Shown: positions 32,006 to 48,754, numbered from the stretch's first letter. The stretch is DNA of 64,000 nucleotides from the human T2T-CHM13v2.0 reference genome, Homo sapiens (GCF_009914755.1 NC_060933.1); one strand, 5' to 3'. The notes: a model not told the origin generated them from the sequence alone. Made by a program: numbers and translations.

Positions 32006-32366
32006 TTGAAACAAAAACAATGTTCACCTATTTCCAAAGAGATCCATCACCATTTAAACTTCTGACCATTCAGCAAAAAAGACTTTGATTTCCAACATTG
32101 TGAGTAAGCAAAAATGAGCCTTTCCTTGGGAAAATGCAGCTTTCATAGAGGTAAATAGAAGAATATTAACAAAGTTTCACACATCAAGGGTAGATGTGTG
32201 AGGGTTCAAGGGAGTTTTACTTTTCTTCTCCATTATCTTCTGTAACTGGGAGGATATGGAAATAAATATAGATTAGGAATTATAACTGTCAGACCAAAAA
32301 AAGTCATCTAAATTCATTTCAAGCTTCTTTTCTGCCGACAAGTAGATGCTGCTGCTAACATATTGA

Positions 32367-32683
<317 letters not shown>

Positions 32684-33924
32684 TGCAGTTGTATTCTGAT
32701 TAGATATCCTGCATGCCCTGTGAGAATGGCATGCAACAAAGGCAAACAACAATTCACTGCAATTCAACTCTTACCATGAGCAAAATACTGGGAAAGGCCC
32801 TAAAGAAAATGCAAACCAAAAACTGGAATAAGTTCCTCTGCTTCATATCTCCAAAGTATGTATTAATAATATTTTAATATCTTTCAACAAAATATAAGTG
32901 ACTGAAAATATATATGGGTATATAAAGAACACATAAACCATTTAAAAAGGTTATTTTTAATTGTAGCTCCCTTCACTTCCCCTGTCTGCCGTATGCTGAA
33001 GATGACTGGTGAGTCATGACAAGTCTTGCACTGCTGAAAAAATGCATAAGGATTAGTATGGGGTTGAGTTGAGATAAACACGAAAAGTGGACCAATATTC
33101 CTGGAAGAATCAACTTGAGATTATATATGAATTATTATACCTAAAAAGGCTTGAGTTATTTAAGTCCCTTATTAAGACTGATGATACAACAATATTCATG
33201 AGGAACAAAAATGTTATCTATAGATAATATGAGATATTTGGTAAATAGAAGTAAGAAATTAAATATTTATATCGAGAGAGGATATTGTGTCCTGCTTTAT
33301 TCTTAACAGGATTTGGGATGGTATTATAAGTTGGTTTTGATGCAGAATAAAAATATGTGAGGAAAAAAATTAAAACAGATAAAATAATGCTAGGGATAAA
33401 ATTAGTACCTACTAGAAATTAGGTAAGACTATGGCTAAGGGAATCTAGGATGATTGGACTTCTTCCTCAGCCCACAGTACTGCTTTTTTTGTTACTTCTA
33501 GGGGAGCTATCTGCAAGGAACAATGACAAACAGTCTTTGAGACCTAAATGCTAATATAGAGAGCTGTGATAAATGGGGCTGGAACCACAGTCTAGGTTAG
33601 AAGCCTGAGAGACCTCTACTACTCACTCGCAATTTAAGCCCACATAGTAGATTTTACGTTGATCAGATTGGATGCCTTCAAGGGAAAAATAGTCAGAGAG
33701 AGAATAGGGAGTAAGACCTTGGTCAATTTAACATTTTGAGATAAGATAAAAAGGAGAAGAATGTATTAGAAAGAAGGATGACTGGGCTTCTCCTGTGGAA
33801 GGGCCTTTCAGTTTGAAAGGAAAAGAGAGAAACATACACAAATTTTCATCAAATGGCTATCGCACAGAACCAAGGAATCTCTCCAATGAGATCATCATAT
33901 CCTCTTCTTGGGGACTAGATTTTT

Positions 33925-34202
33925 TTGTCTCCCAGAATGCTCTTTCTGCAGTAATTATACAGATATTCCAGATATTGACCTTGTTATAATTCAGGTCCCA
34001 GCTTAAAATATATCTACATTGACAACACAATTCAAAGTAGCCAGCTCTTCAAGCTCTCACCTTGCTTTACTTTTAACTGAGCACTTATTACTGAATATTT
34101 TCTTTCACATATTTTTGTTATTAACGGACTCCACACCAAAACTACCCATCTAGAACATAAGGTCTATGACAACAAGGACTTCATCTGTATTATTTATGTA
34201 TG

Positions 34203-34266
<64 letters not shown>

Positions 34267-34315
34267 ATAAGCGAACACAATAGGTACTCAATAAAGATTT
34301 AGCAAATAAATACAT
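33925..34315 (+). mobile_element. L2 3' fragment interrupted by (TA)n
   Basis: ctagaacataagg...caaggact...taggtactcaataaagattt. Confidence 0.6.
34211..34262. repeat. Pure (TA)26 microsatellite
   Basis: Uninterrupted TA run. Confidence 0.98.
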
Positions 34316-35115
34316 TCATGAAAATGTGTTTTAGTAGGCCAAAAAAGGTGGTGGAAAAAGAGATGCTTCTTGAGAACTTAATATTGACAATAGCTGACAT
34401 TTATCAAGAGTGTTAATCTTCAGAACAAAACCATAAAATAAACACTGAAGAGAAAAATGCAGTGGCAACCTGATCAAATCTACTCTAGATCTAAATAAAA
34501 GATATGGGTTCCATACCTAGACTGATCTCAGAGCAGCTATGTTTCACTACCACGTATGCCATTAGATTATGTTTACATGCCAAATATGTGCAACACATTT
34601 AGTTCTGAAATTCCTTGTATTCCACACACACACATGCAAATAAATCTATTACATGATCCAATAGAATCATAAGTTAAAAATAAATGAGTTGCCCTAAAAA
34701 ACCTTGCTATTTGGAGTGGTGAGACTGAAGGAAAATATGTACCATGGTCTCCTTAATGGAGAAACTTCATAAAGGATGAAGAAAAACACACCATGAATTA
34801 CACCATGAATAATATTACTAAATGCAAGCATGAACTTCCAGCATTTATAATACAAATCAGTGTAAGTTGATAGCATTGATTCAAGTTTTGGTTTAGTGAA
34901 AGCACTTCTATAGAGAAAATATAAAGCTTTTAATAGCCTTGTTTAAACAACTGGTAAAATTTAAGCTATGCAGATGAATGAAAATGATTCATATCATTCA
35001 GGCAATCATTCCTCAGTATTATTTCTGACACCTACATTGATGATCAATATTGGCTGGTAGAAGTTATGATGTATATATTTTATGATGAGTACCAGACCAT
35101 AGATATTTGGTGTTA

Positions 35116-35416
<301 letters not shown>

Positions 35417-36687
35417 TAGTGTTACTTTTTAAGAATGTATTCATGGGTTTGAAAGCATGCATAATTTTGGTAACTTCTCAGAAGCTGATATGCTTAATCA
35501 GAATATATACCTGAACATGCACTATTGTACTTCTGCAGAGACATACAAATGGAAATATATATAACCAATGTCAAGACTTTCCTTTGAAAATAACTCCGGT
35601 TTTATCCAATACATGAAAAGAAGTCTGATTAATGGCCAACACTTTATCCAATCTAGAACCCTATATCACTAGAAAATAATAAGTAAAATACCCATAAAAT
35701 ATTTGACATTAATCTATGCTTTAAAATGGCTCTAAAAGGTACTCCTAGTCAACTAAATAATTGTTAGGCTCTAGTTCAAGGTCAGTTAAATGGCAAAGCA
35801 TATATTCTGTAATAGTTTATTTGAAATCACTCTTTCCTACCATCCTTGGTTGTACTATAAGCCTCAATGGCATCATGTGGTGAGCAGTACTTTTATCCTT
35901 TTTTTCACAGACTAGTAAACTAAGCCTCAGAGACCTCATATAAATTGAAAAAGAGACATATCCAGAAAGTAGAGACCCAGGAATACTGGATCTGGATCTG
36001 GGATTGTAACCACTGAAATATTTGGCCTTACTTTTGTCAGTTTTTCTCAGCTAGATAAAACTAATGCATGTTTAAGCACAGTACATAGTTGGCTTCAGGT
36101 TCATATCCTAGTAACAGAATGAAAATACAACAATTATAGCATTTTTTAAAAAAATATTCTTTATATTAAAATCACTTTAAATTAAGAAAACATATAGCTT
36201 AAAAAGTATCACTTAGTATTAAATAAAATGTATATAAAGGCTATTTCTCCACATAAAAGATCATCAACGACTTATAGAATAATAAAAAAGATGTGAAGTG
36301 TTATTTCTTCAAACACTGGTTGACAAATGCATGCTCCGTGAGAAGTACTTGGCTGATCAAACAAACACACCAACTATTATCTCTAGAGTCAGTAGTCAAT
36401 TATTCATGTAACAGCCCACTCTGTTTATATAGAAATTGTAATTTTCACAGTTTTTTCTCACTTTAACTAAACCCATGTAATATTATTTTTAAAACCTTTC
36501 TCATATTGGGTCACATTTCATCCAAATGTCTGATGGCCTCCCTTAGAACCACAGCTATAAAATCTAATCTCCTTTTCACCTGACATCATTTAAAACATTT
36601 ACAGAGAGTCACCATCATCTCTTACACTTTTAAATTTTACTTTCTCCAAACAAGTCATACCTAATCCTCTCAAACCTTCAAATTCCC

Positions 36688-37004
<317 letters not shown>

Positions 37005-38716
37005 TCAAATTCCCAAATTATGATGTCTGTTCTGGGCAGTTATCCTTGGGTTTATAAATGTTCTTCTTCAACTGTGGACTGAGCTAACAGTTTTGGGCAT
37101 GTTCTTCTATACACACTGCTGACCTATTTTACAGCTTGTTCAATGTGCCTGTATTGTCATCTACATTCCAAGTGCATGTTAGTCATCACACTGGTGACAC
37201 CTTCTCAACGTGAACCTATGACTCTTTGGACAACATAAAATGTCTCTGCTATATTCACAATTTTTCTAGCTCTTAACTAATATCATGGATTTTTTTTTAA
37301 TATTCTGGATGGCTTTAGAATTGAGAAAATAATCTTTAAAACCCCACCAAAGATTTTGAGAAAATAAAGACCTTTATTTTTCTTGGAGATTAGCAATAAA
37401 ATAATAGGCAAATAATTCAGTACCCGAGGTGGAGTGGTAGTAGGGGAAGGTTAAAATCTCCTTTTCTTATTTTAAATGAAATCTTATCTGTAGGCAAAAG
37501 AAAAGGAACCAGTGCTGTGGGGTGAAGAGGATGAAAGTGGAAGTGAAAATGAACTTCATAATTAGAACAAGAACCTAGAGGATATTGACCTATCATTTCA
37601 CTCTCCCTATGTTACTTGCCTTAAACTTCGGTTAAAATAAAGTTCTCAGTGCAGAAAAATTTGCATATGGATTTGATTTTTTTTAAATCCCATAAAAGTG
37701 AAACAAAATATTAATTTTTAAATAACTTCTAATAATTTCTTAGATTAATAATGTGTTTCACTTTCAGCTGATAAAAAAAAAACCTCCTAACTATACGCTC
37801 TGAAAGTACATCTAAAAACAACTAGTGTCCATTGGGTTCACAATCAGAGATATATTGTAGAATGTCACATAAATTCAAGCAGGAAAAAAAGGTTTTAATT
37901 TACCAGGATTACTTAAGCTGACTAAAGAAACTGTGAAAGAGTATTCTCAGATATATTCAAAAAAGCAATTACATTTCACTGTGTCTTGAAATCATTTCAA
38001 ATTTATCATATTTTAAGTGCCATTAAATGTTCTTTTTGATTGGAAGAGCCCTATAAATGACAGGCAGTTTTGTGCTGTGCAAATTAGCAGTTTCCCCTAA
38101 TTCTTTTCACAAGATTGTCAATTTTTAGTTATTATCTCATCCAAGTTCACATAATGGAGACTCTTGAAATTATGAACCATATGCCTCATGGTGCAATTCA
38201 CAATTTAAATTTTATCAATGATGCCTTTAATTTTTAAAAAATTTGACCAATATTGTGTATTTTGTACCTGTTTAATTTACCCTAGTTACCCCTTAAATAT
38301 ATTTATTTTTTATATTTTAATCTATATTTCTGCATATGAAGAATACAAGTTTTCTTTGAACCCCAAGATCCCATCCTAGACTAATGTGTACGTGTATTTG
38401 TGTTTCTATGTATGTATTCACCATTCCTACCTGGGTAATCACCTATGTACAACTCCCTGCTTCCTGGCTGTTATTGTTTGAGACAAGTGGACTTGGCTGA
38501 AAGCAAGCATATTCCCTTTTTAGAAAACTTCTTTTTTTTCAGAAGAAAATTTTGTATTAGTGCTTCATTTCTTAGCCTTCATGAGGACACAAGTGATGCA
38601 GTTCCATATACCTTTCTTTAGTTCAATTAAATAAGACATTTCTTAACAGTTATGAGCTAAACTTAATCTTCCTGGGCACCACTGGACTTCTTTGTTTTTT
38701 TTCTCTGTAATTTCAG

Positions 38717-38816
38717 ATAGTAAAAAGAAAACACAGTTGTAAATGCCACAATATAGTTTCCAACAATTGGAAGAAATATGAAAATACAAAAACAAAAATA
38801 CCCATTGTGATGCTTG
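38717..38816 (+). other. Candidate 100-nt exon
   Basis: cttctttgttttttttctctgtaatttcag|ATAG...GCTTG|gtaagt. Confidence 0.3.
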
Positions 38817-39918
38817 GTAAGTGGTCACTAGCAGAGAAGGCAAAGATAAAGAAACTAACAAGACATTCCAAGAAAAGGAAGTCACTCCCATCACACATAC
38901 ACAAGCCACCGTAAGGGCCATTAGTACTAGTGGGGGAAATAAAAAGAAAAGGAACTCAGCTTTCATTTAAAATGTACAGTACCTCCTATATAAATTTAAA
39001 TTTATATACCTCTTAAATCATGACTTTTATTGTATGATTGTATGTATTAATAAAGAAACATCTTCAGTCACCGCACTTTCAAATGTATATTAGAACATGC
39101 TAAAATGGTGTTTTAATGGATAAAAATGACATTAAGCAAACAGAAACAGTATACAGACTGTCAGAAACATATCATCACATATATAGTAGCTTTACAGAGA
39201 AAAATTTATAAACCCAGCAGTGGATTGTCAACATGCCAATAACTTCCTCCAGTCACTTTGGGGCTAACAAATTAGAGGAACTAATTAAATATTTGATTAA
39301 ATTAATTAAATATATGATTAAATAAAATTATCCACTTCCTTGGTATAATAAAAATAAGTTTTAAAATAAAAAATCCTATTTCATTTCATCCTGAAAATAC
39401 AATTGAAATAAATTTGGCATTTACCTCATGTGATTAAAAATCCACTGGACACTTTAGAAGTGCAGGCAGCTCATGATACAGCTTTCTGATGGCACTCATC
39501 AATTCCTACAAATAACAAGAGGGTGAAAGAGAATATTCAGAGCAATATATGTCTTTGTAAAATGATGGTGATTAGCTATGAAATTTTTATTATCACTCTA
39601 CTGCCTTTTTAAAAATACCTGACTATATATTGCTGTTATAATAGCTTTTGTTAAATGTGCAATATAGCAATGAAAATTATGTCTGTCTGGGACTTCCGAG
39701 GTACTAAAATAGACCCTAGATTATGACATACTGCAAAACATCAAACCACACAATAGCATGTTATTTTACTGAGAAAGGCTGTTGGATTATAAAAACCAAA
39801 TAATTTGTAAATGAAATGTTTTCTTATGTGCATTACCACATCAAATCATTTTTCTAGTCATGATGCTAAGTTATAAGAAGTAGAGGGTTTAGCTTTTACC
39901 ACTGGCTACTTTAACCAA

Positions 39919-40121
39919 ATTTTAGCAAATATCCTTACTTTATATCTCATAGATTTCCCAGGGAAGAGCCATAAAATGTAGGAAATGATGGTTATCCATC
40001 TGATAAGTTAATATGCAATATGGTAGGTTTAAACTTATCAAATGAATGGCTATCATTTCCTACATTTTATGAATCTTCCTCAGGGAGACATAGAAAATAA
40101 AATACATATGCTTGCTAAAAT
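39919..40121. repeat. Long imperfect inverted repeat (about 90-bp arms, 22-nt loop); probable ancient MITE-like element
   Basis: cataaaatgtaggaaatgat (39970-39989) is the exact reverse complement of 40052-40071; pairing extends to attttagcaa/ttgctaaaat. Confidence 0.85.
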
Positions 40122-40548
40122 AACAAGATACTATATAGTATATACAGTATAAAATTATATAGCAACTCAAACTTTTACAGTTTCAATTATCTGGGGAAGA
40201 AACTTTTCAAAAAAGCATTATTTTCTCCCATCTACTTGATAAAAGAGAATTAAAATGATAAGCAAGATAGATGAGTATTTTGTTGCTGCATATTGTCACT
40301 TTCCCATGTTTCCCATACACAAATATGTAGGGTGATAACTGTATAGCATCCCTTTTCTACATGCCCATTACTCCAAGCCTCACACATGTTAAATTCAGGC
40401 ACAAATCTCAGTGAATCAGCACCATGGACGTCTGCTCGACCTTTCCCCTCTGCACATCGCTGACCCTTCCTATAAATCTCTCACTCTTTAGGTGACAAAA
40501 AAAGTCAGTATAGAATAAAAAGGGATGGTAGAAAGATGGTGCTCCTCT

Positions 40549-41023
40549 GATGATAATAGCAAAGACCTAAATAAACCTAAATAAATAAAGACCTAAATAA
40601 ACCTAAATGCTCATCAGTGGCAGATTGGATAAACAAAATGTGGTACATATCAACACAAAATTCTATGCAGCCATAAAAAAGAAAAAGATTATGACCTTTT
40701 TAGCAACATGGACAGAGCTGGAGGCCATTATCTTAAGCAAAAAAAAAAAAAAAAAAAATACAGGAACAGAAAACCACATACCACATGTTCTCACTTATAA
40801 GTGGAAGCTAAACAATGAGAATACACGGATACAAAGAAAGAAACTGGGGTCTATTTGAGAGTGGAGGGTGGGAGGAGGGAAAGAATCAAAAAATTACGTA
40901 TCACGTACTATGCCTATTCATCAGGTGACGAAATAACCCGTACAAGAAGCCCATGTGACACGCATTTCCCTATATAACAAACCTGAACGTGTACCCCAAA
41001 CCTAAAATAAGAGTTAAAAAAAA
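40549..41023 (+). mobile_element. L1PA15/16-like 3' fragment, copy 1 of the inverted duplication
   Basis: ORF2 end plus 3'UTR ggaggagggaaagaatcaaaaaatta...ggtgacgaaataa...cctaaaataa and A tail. Confidence 0.9.
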
Positions 41024-42587
41024 GTAGCACTCAACTAAGAAGTATAACTTTGTCAAGGCACATATAGAAGATTGGAACATAAAGACATGAGCATTTCCTT
41101 ATCACAGGAGAAGTCATATAAGTTCATGCTTTAAGTGTTGGATTTATAAATATTATATTATCATTTCAATTTTTCTAAAAGCTACTATCAGAAATTAAAT
41201 ATATATATTTCTTATTATGTGCTTTGTGTCTTTTGTTCGGAGGTATTATAACTCACTTTGAGGAGAAGATGCTTTATAGCCAAATAAATTCAGTAGAGTG
41301 AATAACATGTCCTATTAGGTTCTGGAAAGAAATCAGAAGCTACACTTCCATTAGGGGGAAACAGACTTAGAAAGAAAGTGGCAACCACTTTTAGCAAGAA
41401 AGGGAGCATTCATATGTGCAGAATAGTAGGACACTAGGCAGAAAAACCCTAAAACACCAAGAATGGTTGCATTGCATTTTACGAATTTCTGCATATGTTG
41501 CAGCATCATTGCTTTCCTGAGAATGCTTCAACTTCTCCAATGCCTGGTTGTTTTCTAAATCTGTATAGTATTCACTTTTTTTGTGCCCTGTTTTATTTTA
41601 TAATTTATAAATTCACAGCAAACAACTCTAACTCTATTGGAAGCTCACCGTAACAAGTGCTGTGATAGGCACTTTCATATGCATATCTCATTTAATCAAC
41701 AAGATATGTACACTGTCACACTTTGCCACCATTGGCTTACATATTGGATATCTCAGCATACAAATCTTAAATTATAAGTTGTATGTTCCATGAAATAAAG
41801 TGCTGTTTCCTACTCATTATAAGTTTTAAGTTCCATATCTTTAATTTGATTAAAGTGCTTTCTGAATGTCTAAAGTGTTTATTGAGTGTTTTAAAATATA
41901 TATGGAATGTGAAAATTATTCTACTAAATCCATGATCTATTTGTTTGAAATGTGAATTTTAGCATTACAATGGAGAGAATCCTGAAACCTCATAAGATCT
42001 TTTGTTTATGATCATATTTATAGATCAGATACATGATATCTTTGAGGAAGAAGAAATGTACATTTTATTTACAACCACAAACCAGAAATTCCTAATTCCT
42101 TGGAAGAAAACAATTTTAACTAAGACTCAATATTATTTGAGGGATGTGAAAAATAAGTTATGTTGGTGAAGTAAAGAGTATGAATGCAAAAGAAGAAACA
42201 CAATAAACAGTATTAAAAGGAGACTATTTTTCTAATTAGAAAACTAAATGGTCAAGTGAGTGAATAAAGAAGTTGGGTGAAATGTGTTGATAAAACTTAC
42301 AATAGCATTGTGTTTGTAGGGTATTTTTTAAAGGGGAGTTTAAGTAATACAATTTTCTAAGTAGAAATTCCTTCAGAGTTTTGTGGGTTAATAATAAAAT
42401 AATGGATAAAAGAAATCAAAGCTGTAATTCCTAAAAAAGTAAATCGAAGTTTACAGTGATGGGGCATCACATTCTGTATTAAATGATAACACCAGATGAG
42501 AAGCCAGGCCCAGATGTAATCCTAGATCATGTGATTTATTAGATTCTTCTCACCAAAATGATTTAGAGAAACAGCAGAAAGATATTA

Positions 42588-42930
<343 letters not shown>

Positions 42931-44788
42931 AAATATTGTTCAGAGGATAAAAGAAAAATATGAAAAATCAGTTTCATAAGAATTGGTAGATGTAGCTCAA
43001 CTGAGCTGGGACAAGACTGAGAACAAAAACGTAAGAAGCAATACCCTCAATACTTTAATCGACACAATTCAAGGTAAGTGATAACGTTTATAAACAGAAG
43101 ACAAAAAGTAGGAATTTGATGAACATGTATTTTCAAGCAGTTAACAGACAAAAGATACCCCCAAACCATGTGTAAAAGAAAAAATAAAAAAAAAATCCAT
43201 CCATATGCTTAGTATGGTCAATAAAATCTAAAGTAGTCAGTAAACCTAATTAAAAAAAAATACAGATCCAGTCTCATAGTCTTCATGATATAATGGTGAA
43301 GAGAGAAAACAATGTTAAAGAGAGGTGAACATGCTGTAACAGTAACTATAGAGGATTAATATTTTTAAACTACAAACAGGCATGAATTACTCCTCATTCA
43401 AACAAACGTGACCCTAACTTCAAGGCTAGGAATATGTAAATGCAATTTATAAAATAATAACTGTGGCTCTGCTGACTTCTTATACAATAATGTAATAATC
43501 TTTAAGGATAAACAATACTTTAAATTGATTCAAACTGGAGTAAGCATATCATTTAGGTTTATAGTGATATTCTAGGAATAATTTGAAAACGAAGGAAACG
43601 ATCTCCCTAGAACTTTCAGTGCTACTTGAAGTTTTACAAGGAAAAATATCAACCTACATTTGAATGTTTCTAGGTAGAAATAGTCTGTTGTTATTAATTA
43701 TGTCTCTACAAGTGTTTCAGATAAAAGACTTGAAAACCCCTGCTTTAAATAAAAAGGTACACATTTTTTACCATTTTCTCTTTTTCTACCACATTTTATA
43801 GTGATTCTCACACTTTATTTCAAGGTGGGGAAAAAGGGAGAATACTTTTCCAGAGAAAACATATACTATATGACATCTTCTCTCAAAAGGAAATGAATCC
43901 TCTAATTTATTTAAATATTTATGATTATTGATACTTTATATACAGTAGTCTAGAGCATTAACACACGGGACAACACAGGCTTTAACACATGATGCAGAAC
44001 TCATCATGGTCAAAAGGTCTGGCTGTTAAATTTCTTGGATGATTGCATAAGGCTAATAACACAGCATCACTAAAGGATCATCCAACAGATCGGCAGCCTC
44101 TCACCTGAAGCTCCATTAATATTTTGGAGAGTGTAGAATGTGACCTACAGAAATGGTCTACACTACATTGGGGAAAGACGGTCTCTCATACATCCAGTAG
44201 ACCAAATATTTTGAATTGTTATATGTAATCTGCATCTTCTGTCATATTATGCTTTTTCTTTTCAGTTACAGAAGGAAGAAGAGAAATAAAACGCCTACTA
44301 TGTACCTAGATATGATACCTAGTGCTTTAAAAACATTATTTAATTTATTCCTCAAGAAATAAATTATGTGAGAAAGGCGGTATTATCCCACTTCACATAT
44401 ATATAACTGAGGCTTAGAAAGTGATGCATTTATTTTCTCACGATTACAGATCTTTCCATTATTTATCACTGCCTTTAAAGTTTCAAAACTGAATGGCTTT
44501 GGACATGGAAGTAGTGGGAGCAAAGGTTAAATTGAATGCAATGGTACCTAATAAAACTTGAAACCTGTAATCATTGCAGTTGATCAAAGTTGGATGATTC
44601 AGTGTTTTATTTTCAATATTTCGTGATTGTTAAATAAAAGTCAAGTTCTAAATAAAAGCTTGCTCTTTCTTTTATTTGTTGTTTTGGCTTTTTGAAAGGA
44701 TGGTTATTAAAATGCAATATAATCTGTTTCCCTAATGAATATTAACTTTTAAACAAACAAAAGTTTATAAAATTAATATTAAGTTTTA

Positions 44789-45211
<423 letters not shown>

Positions 45212-46234
45212 TTAAATAAGGCATTTTACATGAAATCTAGCTGTTTCAATTAATAATATGATATTCCTAACAAAATGACATAATAGAAATGACATTTCCT
45301 CGGAACTTATATTTATTTAATATTACTTTTCCATTAGAATAGAAAAACTGAAACATGGCATTAATTCCATTTTAATTATAATATAATAAAATAGCTTTAT
45401 AAATTCTTAATTTTAATAGCATAAAATAGTTATGCTAATATTAAAGATTAAGTTATATGATGCCAAATTTTAAGACAGCAAATTAGCTATACCATTCGCT
45501 GGAGCAATAGAGAGAAGACAGGAACATAGGAAAAATATATTCAATGAATAATTTGACTCTGTCCTTCACTGAACTGCTTAATATTAAAAACAAACATTTT
45601 TCCAACTTAAAAAAAAGCACAATGACAGTACTACTTGATTGACTCTCTCTATACATGCCACCTGAAACATGTTGTCATAAACCATACCACAAGAGAATCT
45701 TACATTTTTACTACACTAAATTCTAAATCCTATTTTAGTATAGAATGCATACAGCCTGTTCTTCAATAAATAAATCCAGTAATAAAACAATAAAAGAAGG
45801 CATTTTGACTCTTCTTTTTTAAGTTGCCTGCTTTTAAAACATGTGTTGTTGGTGGTGGTGTTGGTGGTGGTGGTGGCTCTAAGATTTACGAGGACTTCAC
45901 TGTGGATTGCTTTGGTGGCTTACATTTCCTTTTGTTCTTGCCCTTTTTAGAGAGGTACATAATTGGATATTGGCATTTTATTTGCTTTAATCTTTTGAAA
46001 ACCCAAGAGTGAAAGCCATACATCCTTGTGTTTTTATTAGGTTAATCAAGTTAAAAATTGTCATTGTGTTTAAACTTTTAAAAGTTGAAATTCTCCTATG
46101 GCTACACATTTTCTTAAGTGGATGGCATATTTTGTTTGGTCTTAAAACATATGTTTATAAACTCTATCTCTTTAAATTACACACAAACAAACACATACAG
46201 AAAACTACTGTGTCTTGTACAACATTAGCAAAAT

Positions 46235-46470
46235 AATAGCGATAATTAACGGTTACTGAATGCTTTCCGTATGCTAGGCACTGTTCTAAGTACATTACAT
46301 TTATTTGCATGCCTAATTCTCACAACAGTCCAAATATATTATTTTATCCCAATTGAAAGTTAAAAAGTTGTGGCACAGAGGGATTAACTAACCAGGCAAG
46401 TAAAGAGCTAACATTTAAACCAAGGTGGTTTGACTTCAGAGTGTGAGCTACTAAGAACTGCTACACTATC
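46235..46470 (-). mobile_element. MIR
   Basis: tatgctaggcactgttctaag...taattctcacaac...ggcacagagggattaactaa...tttgacttcaga. Confidence 0.8.
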
Positions 46471-47119
46471 TCTGATTAAAAGATACCAATAATGGCATTC
46501 GGATAACAATTGTGCGGACATGTTCCTTAACCAAAAAATATCAAATCATTAAAAATGCGATAGAGTGGCAGAAATAGTTGAGTGAGAAACAACAGAGCTG
46601 AAGCTATCTGAAGGTATGGGCTATTCCTGCTTACTTTATCTCATACTCACAATATTGGTAGAGCATCTAAGACAAAGCAAGCCAGTATCCAAGAAATATT
46701 TGTTGCGTGACTGATGGATAAAGAAGGAGGCTTATATGAGTACTGGTATTTCTGCACATCTTGGATGAAAGTGCAAACTTCACATACTAGTCCAGATTCA
46801 GCACATATCTTCAGTGGATTCACACTCTCACCTTCAACTATACTGTCTAACGCTCTCACATAATCCCTTGAGCCCTGGCCACCTGTGTTCCATTTACAAC
46901 TGCCCATATTCATATTCATTAAAGCCCTTTATGCTACAGTCATTTAATAAACTGCTCTAATGAAAAAATCCATTGTAATTTCATTTAATATAGGTAATTT
47001 TAACACAGGTTTTTGACAGAAAATATCATAATTCAGGATAGTAATTCTAATGGTAGGAAGATCAGGCAGTAACACCATAAACCAGAAATCCAAACCGAGA
47101 AACCAATACCCTGGGATGT

Positions 47120-48130
47120 CCTGAGTTCCTCCTTCTCTCTCACCTGCCCAGAAGCATCCCGAATCCATCTACATGTTATCATTATTACTGCCACCCCCAC
47201 TCCAAGCTGTTACCTTTCTCCTGGATTATTCTGATGGTCTCCTAACTAGTCTTTCTTCTTGAGCTCCTGCCCTTTCAATCTATTCTCTACCTTCCAACGA
47301 AAATTATCTTAAAATATCAATTGGATCATGTCTTTCCACAAATGACTTCCTGTTGTGCTTTGAATATTAAAAAAAAAAAAAAAACTTTATTTTTTTAATG
47401 TTTAATCTAAAAGGCCTGGCCTGATCTGTCACAGTCAAACTTTCCAGCCCCACCTTCTGGCCTGCTCTCCCACTCTCACCAGGCTCCATCTGTGCTGAAA
47501 GTTTCATTCTATTTCAAAGCCCTTACATGGGCTGTTGGCACTGTTAGAGCAATCCTCTTTCCATTCCTTGCTTAGTCATTTCCTTCTTTCTTCAGGTATC
47601 AGCTTAAATGCCCCTTCCAAATGAATACTTCTTTCTAAATGGCAGTGCTTTTTGATATTCTGTTTGGCTTCCTGAAGTTTTCATCCCTGTCAATTTTTCA
47701 TAATAGAGTGGTTTCGAGCGCAAGATTTATATCCAGACTTACTGAGTTTAAATCTTGAGTGCATCGCTTGCTAGACTGCATGATGTTAGGAAAGCTGTAA
47801 TCCTTGTTATGCTCTAGTTTCCTTATCTAGAAAATCAGATACAATATCATTTACCTAAAGGGATGGTTGTGAGGACTGAGTTTATACAACTAAGCACTCA
47901 GAACAGGGCTTTGCACATCAAATACTCAATAAATGGAACTGTCATTACTAAGTGAAATTATATTTATTTGAGTAATCTTTTGATTATATTTTGCTTTCCT
48001 GATAAACATGCAAACTTAAGATGAGCTGGAGCTCTGGCTATATTGTTACCCAACCACAAACTTGGTGCCTCAACAGTACTTTACTTAGAAAAACTCATTA
48101 CATATTTATTTAATTAATCAGGTAAATAAA
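47120..48130 (+). mobile_element. L2 fragment interrupted by a MIR at about 47700-47950
   Basis: ctggattatt...ctcctaactagtct...gatcatgtc; MIR core tagtttccttatctagaaaat...ggttgtgaggact. Confidence 0.7.
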
Positions 48131-48754
48131 TGTGTGAATCTATAAATACATAGAATAAATAATTTTAAAATAAAATATTACAGATCAGCGATTTTGGGGA
48201 TGGTGGATCTTTGATATGCACAAAATCATACAATATGTGGCAGTCGGCTTTGGAAGGTTCCCTGGATCTAGGGAAAATTTTGATATTGTGTTCACTCAGC
48301 TGTTTCTCAACTCAAAGATATTTGAGAAATGACTGTAAAACACCTAGAGAAATTCTTGGCGGGTCATCTCATCTTCTTTCATTACTGGCAAATTTGGTTG
48401 TTAGTGAGTACAAAAACTTTGATGACTTTCAGAAAAAAAATTCTAATATAATATTTCTAAGTTTTAAAGAAATCTTTTCACCATTATCAAAGCTACAATA
48501 CAGTTCCTTGGGGCCAGACTTTAATCCAAGAAAATCTCAAAACTCAGCTTCCCACATGATTTATCTTCTAATCTTCTAACTTTGGTTCTGATTTCTTAGC
48601 ATTGCTGTTTTGTAGATGTCATCTTATGATGCATAATCAATAAGGATGTCTTGCTGATGCTTTTCAGAAAACTATTGCTATCCCAATCCTCAAAACGGAA
48701 AGTATAAGATTCCAGATACCTAGAGTTCCTAGCCCTTAAAAACTAGAAATAGCA

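Noticed and set aside
45845-45877. (GGT)n run inside ORF 45824..46012 giving poly-Gly
   Set aside because: Simple repeat; no evidence of coding.
46500-46518. cggataacaattgtgcgga resembles part of the lac operator
   Set aside because: Only a 12-nt exact match, no complete operator and no vector sequence nearby; most likely chance.
48211-48579. 122-aa ORF in unique sequence
   Set aside because: TTG start, no recognisable domain, composition typical of AT-rich non-coding DNA.
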